A stretch of 29,900 nt of DNA. It comes from Candidatus Liptonbacteria bacterium RIFOXYD1_FULL_36_11 (GTDB taxonomy: Bacteria; Patescibacteriota; Minisyncoccia; UBA6257; XYB1-36-10). Positions 26,742-29,900 of this stretch are shown here, in pieces; position 1 is the stretch's first letter, and each line of letters starts with the position of its first letter. The notes under the pieces were generated by a model. It saw nothing but the letters and a program-made list of their open reading frames with translations. It was not told the DNA's origin and did no database searches. The DNA lies in the NCBI GenBank assembly GCA_001821375.1, contig MHLG01000017.1:1-29900 (forward strand), written 5' to 3'. Position numbers and translations under genes: made by a program.

Positions 26742-28034
26742 ATGTCCAACTCTCGCCTCGCTATAATTTCTCTTTCTATTGTTTTAATTGTTTCTCTTTT
26801 TGGCGCCTTTTATTTTTTCCGCCGCGCCGACTTAGGCGCTAAAACTCCTCTTACTTTTTGGGGTGTCTACGACGACGCAGAATCTTTCTCTAGCGCTATT
26901 GCCGGCTTTCAAAAACTCTACCCGAACATCTCCGTAAATTATGTAAAAAAAGACGAGACTACCTATGAATCCGATCTTTTAAATGCTCTTGCTTTAGATG
27001 AAGCTCCAGACATTATAATGATTCATAATTCCTGGCTTCCTAAATATGCCAACAAACTTGCTTCCGCTCCCGACACCGCTGTTTCTATAAAAACTCTCCG
27101 CGACTCTTTCCCTGGAGTAGTAGAACAAGACTTTACCGCCAGCGGCAAAATTTTTGCTCTTCCTCTTAATCTTGATACTCTTGCTCTTTTCTACAACAAA
27201 AAACTTTTTAACTCGCAAAATATTGCTTTCCCGCCTGCCACTTGGGATGAGTTTTCTGACGATTCCGCAAAGCTTAAAAAAATAAACCAAGCGGGGAAAA
27301 TTGAACGCGCCGGCGCCGCTTTTGGCGGTTCCGCCGATAGCATCAATCGTGAAAGCGATATTTTAAGTCTTTTAATGCTTCAAAGCGGCGCCGCTATGGT
27401 AAAAGATGATTTCTCCGAAGCGAGCTTTTTCCACTCCGGAGAAAACGGCCAATATCCCGGCCAAAACGCTTTAAATTTTTATGTCAGTTTTGCTAATCCC
27501 AAATCTTCCAACTACACCTGGAACGACAATCTTCATTATTCCATTGACGCTTTTAGCGAAGGCTCTGCGGCAATGATGATAAATTACTCTCATAAGATAA
27601 ATGAAGTAAAAACAAAAAATCCTTTTCTTGATTTTGGCGTTGCCCCGGTTCCTCAATTAAAAGGCGCTGACATTCAGGTAAATTATCCTGATTACTGGGG
27701 CGCGGCAGTTCTTTCAAAATCAAAAAATACTTCCGCTTCCTGGACTTTTACTTCTTATCTTTCTCTTAATTTAGACGCGGCTAATTCTTATTTTCAAACC
27801 ACAAAAAGACCGCCGGCTTTAAGAAGCCTTATCTCTTCTTGTCAAAACGATCCGGATATCGGCTCTTTCTGTTCCCAATCTCTCTCCGCTCGCTCTTGGC
27901 CTAAGATTGATAATAATAAAATAGATATCATTTTTTCCGATATGATAAAATCAATCTTAAGTGGAAAACTTTCTTCTTCCGACGCTCTTCGTCAAGCCGA
28001 AGATAATGTTACTCTTCTTATGAAACAATTATAA
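26742..28034 (+). CDS. Extracellular solute-binding protein (family 1, sugar-type), N-terminally anchored
   Basis: LTFWGVYD, APDIIMIHNSW, FALPLNLDTLALFYNKKLF, PPATWDEF, FSEGSAAMMI, DFGVAPVPQ. Confidence 0.88.
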   Translation: MSNSRLAIISLSIVLIVSLFGAFYFFRRADLGAKTPLTFWGVYDDAESFSSAIAGFQKLYPNISVNYVKKDETTYESDLLNALALDEAPDIIMIHNSWLPKYANKLASAPDTAVSIKTLRDSFPGVVEQDFTASGKIFALPLNLDTLALFYNKKLFNSQNIAFPPATWDEFSDDSAKLKKINQAGKIERAGAAFGGSADSINRESDILSLLMLQSGAAMVKDDFSEASFFHSGENGQYPGQNALNFYVSFANPKSSNYTWNDNLHYSIDAFSEGSAAMMINYSHKINEVKTKNPFLDFGVAPVPQLKGADIQVNYPDYWGAAVLSKSKNTSASWTFTSYLSLNLDAANSYFQTTKRPPALRSLISSCQNDPDIGSFCSQSLSARSWPKIDNNKIDIIFSDMIKSILSGKLSSSDALRQAEDNVTLLMKQL

Positions 28035-28126
28035 TTCTTATTATATCCTGAGTTCTTAACGAAGGACTACGTATAATTTTTCAACTTTATAACTTTATAA
28101 ACTTTCAGACTTTATAAACTTACTAA

Positions 28127-29056
28127 ATGTTTTTTAAAAAAAATAATTTTATTGCCTTTTTTATTTTTTCTTTTATTTTTCTTTCTTTATTTTTTCCGGT
28201 TTTTTCCCTTGCCGCCGGTCTTTCCGGTCCTTTGGTAATCTGTGCCGACATAAATAACTGTAATTTTTGCGACCTTCTCCAAACTGCAAAAAACATTCTT
28301 GATTTCAGTATTCAACTTGCCTTTATTCTTGTCGTCGCCTACACCGTCTGGGGCGGCCTGCAAATTATGGTCTCCGGCGCTTTTGAAAGTCTTTATTCCA
28401 AAGGTAAAAAACTTATCACTAACGCCGCCATCGGCTTGGTTATTATTCTCGTCTCCTGGGTTTTTGTTGACCAACTGATTAGAGTAATGGTCGGTGGCAG
28501 TATTTTTCAAGGAAACTTCTCTGGCTGGGTCTGGAATGAAATTCCTTGCGATCTCAACAAAGTAGACCTCCCAGCTATAAGTAATTCTGGAAGCGGGACT
28601 GTTACTCCTGGTGGCGGAGGGTTTTCTGGTGGTCAAGAGTTGTGCAATAATCCCGCAAAACTTGCTGAAAAATATGGCGTTCCTTATCCGGTAAAAAACT
28701 CTTTTGATATTGACGCTATAATTGGTTGTGTTAATGGCTCGCTGAATAAAATGATAGACCAAAATCAAATATACACTTCTGATCGTGACCATCCTTTATG
28801 TAATTACACCAGAGGAGAAAAAATTTGTGGGGATTGCTCTCATAAAGTCTATTCTTGCCATTATGGAGGAATGGCAGGTCACATGGGAGTTCTCGCCGTT
28901 GACTTCAACGCCGCTGTTGGTATATCCGAGTCAAAACTCAATGACGAAATAAACAAAATTGCTCGAGCAGGCGATTGTGGAATAAGTATCTCAAACGTCA
29001 TATTTGAAGACGACCACACCCACATTAGCGCCCCTTCCTGTAACAGTAAATATTAA
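28127..29056 (+). CDS. CPR VirB2/TrbC-like pilin fused to a Cys-rich M15/LAS-like metallopeptidase domain
   Basis: Pilin part: LVIC..CNFCDL, WGGLQIM, KGKKLITNAAIGLVIILVSW; C-terminal SCHYGG, H-x6-D (HMGVLAVD), EDDHTH. Confidence 0.75.
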   Translation: MFFKKNNFIAFFIFSFIFLSLFFPVFSLAAGLSGPLVICADINNCNFCDLLQTAKNILDFSIQLAFILVVAYTVWGGLQIMVSGAFESLYSKGKKLITNAAIGLVIILVSWVFVDQLIRVMVGGSIFQGNFSGWVWNEIPCDLNKVDLPAISNSGSGTVTPGGGGFSGGQELCNNPAKLAEKYGVPYPVKNSFDIDAIIGCVNGSLNKMIDQNQIYTSDRDHPLCNYTRGEKICGDCSHKVYSCHYGGMAGHMGVLAVDFNAAVGISESKLNDEINKIARAGDCGISISNVIFEDDHTHISAPSCNSKY

Positions 29057-29070
29057 TCTTTCTCTTTCTT

Positions 29071-29414
29071 CTTCTGTCATTCCGGCGTAAGCCGGAATCC
29101 AGTTATAATTCCTATTATATCCTGAGTTCTTAACGAAGGACTACCTACTACTTTCTAAACTGTTTACCCTGTTAAATAAAATCCTTTGGATTTTAATTTG
29201 TAAAGCAAATTATTTAACAGGGTGAACTTTCAACTTTCTGCTTTTCTTCTTCTGTCATTCCGGCGAAAGCCAGAATCCAATTATAATTCCTATTATATCT
29301 TGAGCGTAGTCGAAGAACTATCTTTATTTCTGTCATTCCGGCGCAGGCCGGAATCCAGTTATAATTCCTATTATATCCTGAGTTTTTAACGAAGGACTAC
29401 CTACTACTTTCTAA
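29071..29414. repeat. BIME-like mosaic: three A+B composite units plus one Y-shaped D element
   Basis: A+B units at 29076-29144, 29254-29320 and 29332-29400; D element at 29163-29227. Confidence 0.85.
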
Positions 29415-29481
29415 CTTTATAAACTTTTAACTATCTTGTAATATCTTTGTTTTTCTTTTTCTTCTTGCTATAATTTCTTTA

Positions 29482-29900
29482 ATGTCATTTTTTCTCTCAA
29501 AAATTTTTTTAATAAATACCGCCCTCGCAGATGGAACCAGCAGTTCCATCACCATCTCTAATCCCCTCGGTTCTATCTCCACCATTCCCGGTTTAATAAA
29601 TAAAATAATAGATTTTCTCGCCACTTTAGGCATCCCTGTAGTTACTCTTCTTGTTATTTATGGCGGATGGCAAATATTGATCGCCGGCGGCAACGAAACT
29701 AATTTTACTAAAGGAAAAAACACTATAACTTACGCCGCTCTCGGTTACGGTATAGTTCTTATTGCTAAAGGCGTTTCAGGCTTAGTTGAATATATGCTGA
29801 CTGGAAGCACCACCCAAGCTACAATTGACGTCGGTGGTATTATATCCCGTTCTGCTAACTGGCTGTTAGGCTTAATGTTAGCTCTTTCTGTTATTATGGC
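29482..29900 (+). CDS. Tandem-domain CPR pilin, runs off the window (missing from the ORF track)
   Basis: Hand translation MSFFLSKIFLINTALADG...ISNPLG...INKIIDFL...IYGGWQILIAGGNETNFTKGKNTITYAALG...; a second pilin-like helix starts IDVGGIISRSANWLLG; TGcTATAAT lies 7 nt upstream. Confidence 0.85.
   Translation, partial: MSFFLSKIFLINTALADGTSSSITISNPLGSISTIPGLINKIIDFLATLGIPVVTLLVIYGGWQILIAGGNETNFTKGKNTITYAALGYGIVLIAKGVSGLVEYMLTGSTTQATIDVGGIISRSANWLLGLMLALSVIM

Noticed and set aside
29427-29633. 68-aa minus-strand ORF
   Set aside because: Antisense shadow of the pilin starting at 29482
1-29900. Alternative genetic code 25, prophage, integron or autonomous transposon
   Set aside because: TGA ends yraN and ORFs are intact under code 11; no integrase, transposase, attC site or phage genes were seen

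Overview
A low-GC chromosomal segment, inferred from gene content to be Patescibacteria/CPR (Parcubacteria-like): VirB2-like CPR pilins, PPIase-less trigger factor, core genes without Shine-Dalgarno sites, and TGA used as stop (code 11). It holds the dnaA / rpmH-rnpA-yidC-jag block, clpP, tig, a K+-independent H+-pyrophosphatase, nusA, yraN, tRNA-Val(UAC), a five-gene minus-strand cluster (beta-CASP nuclease, LOG-family protein, small beta-barrel protein, amino-acid permease, O-antigen-ligase-like protein), an ORFan cassette with a structured leader, ruvA, tRNA-Ile(UAU), ftsH, an NYN protein, rpsA, a degenerate MBL-fold protein, gyrA, a solute-binding protein and the start of a pilin cluster. 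Main points of interest: (1) FtsH carries a 426-aa LAGLIDADG intein at the Walker A K|T junction. (2) Eight parS palindromes lie within 479 bp, with fixed geometry: three doublets exactly 35 bp apart and a 128-bp period that includes a second motif, AACCCGAAAACC. (3) A pilin is fused to a Cys-rich M15/LAS-type metallopeptidase-like domain. (4) Intergenic DNA is a mosaic of several REP/MITE-like hairpin families with compensatory changes, and no cognate transposase is in the window. (5) A rare UAU-anticodon tRNA-Ile is present. (6) Strand composition does not switch at dnaA, suggesting oriC lies elsewhere. All calls were made by eye from motifs; no searches were run.
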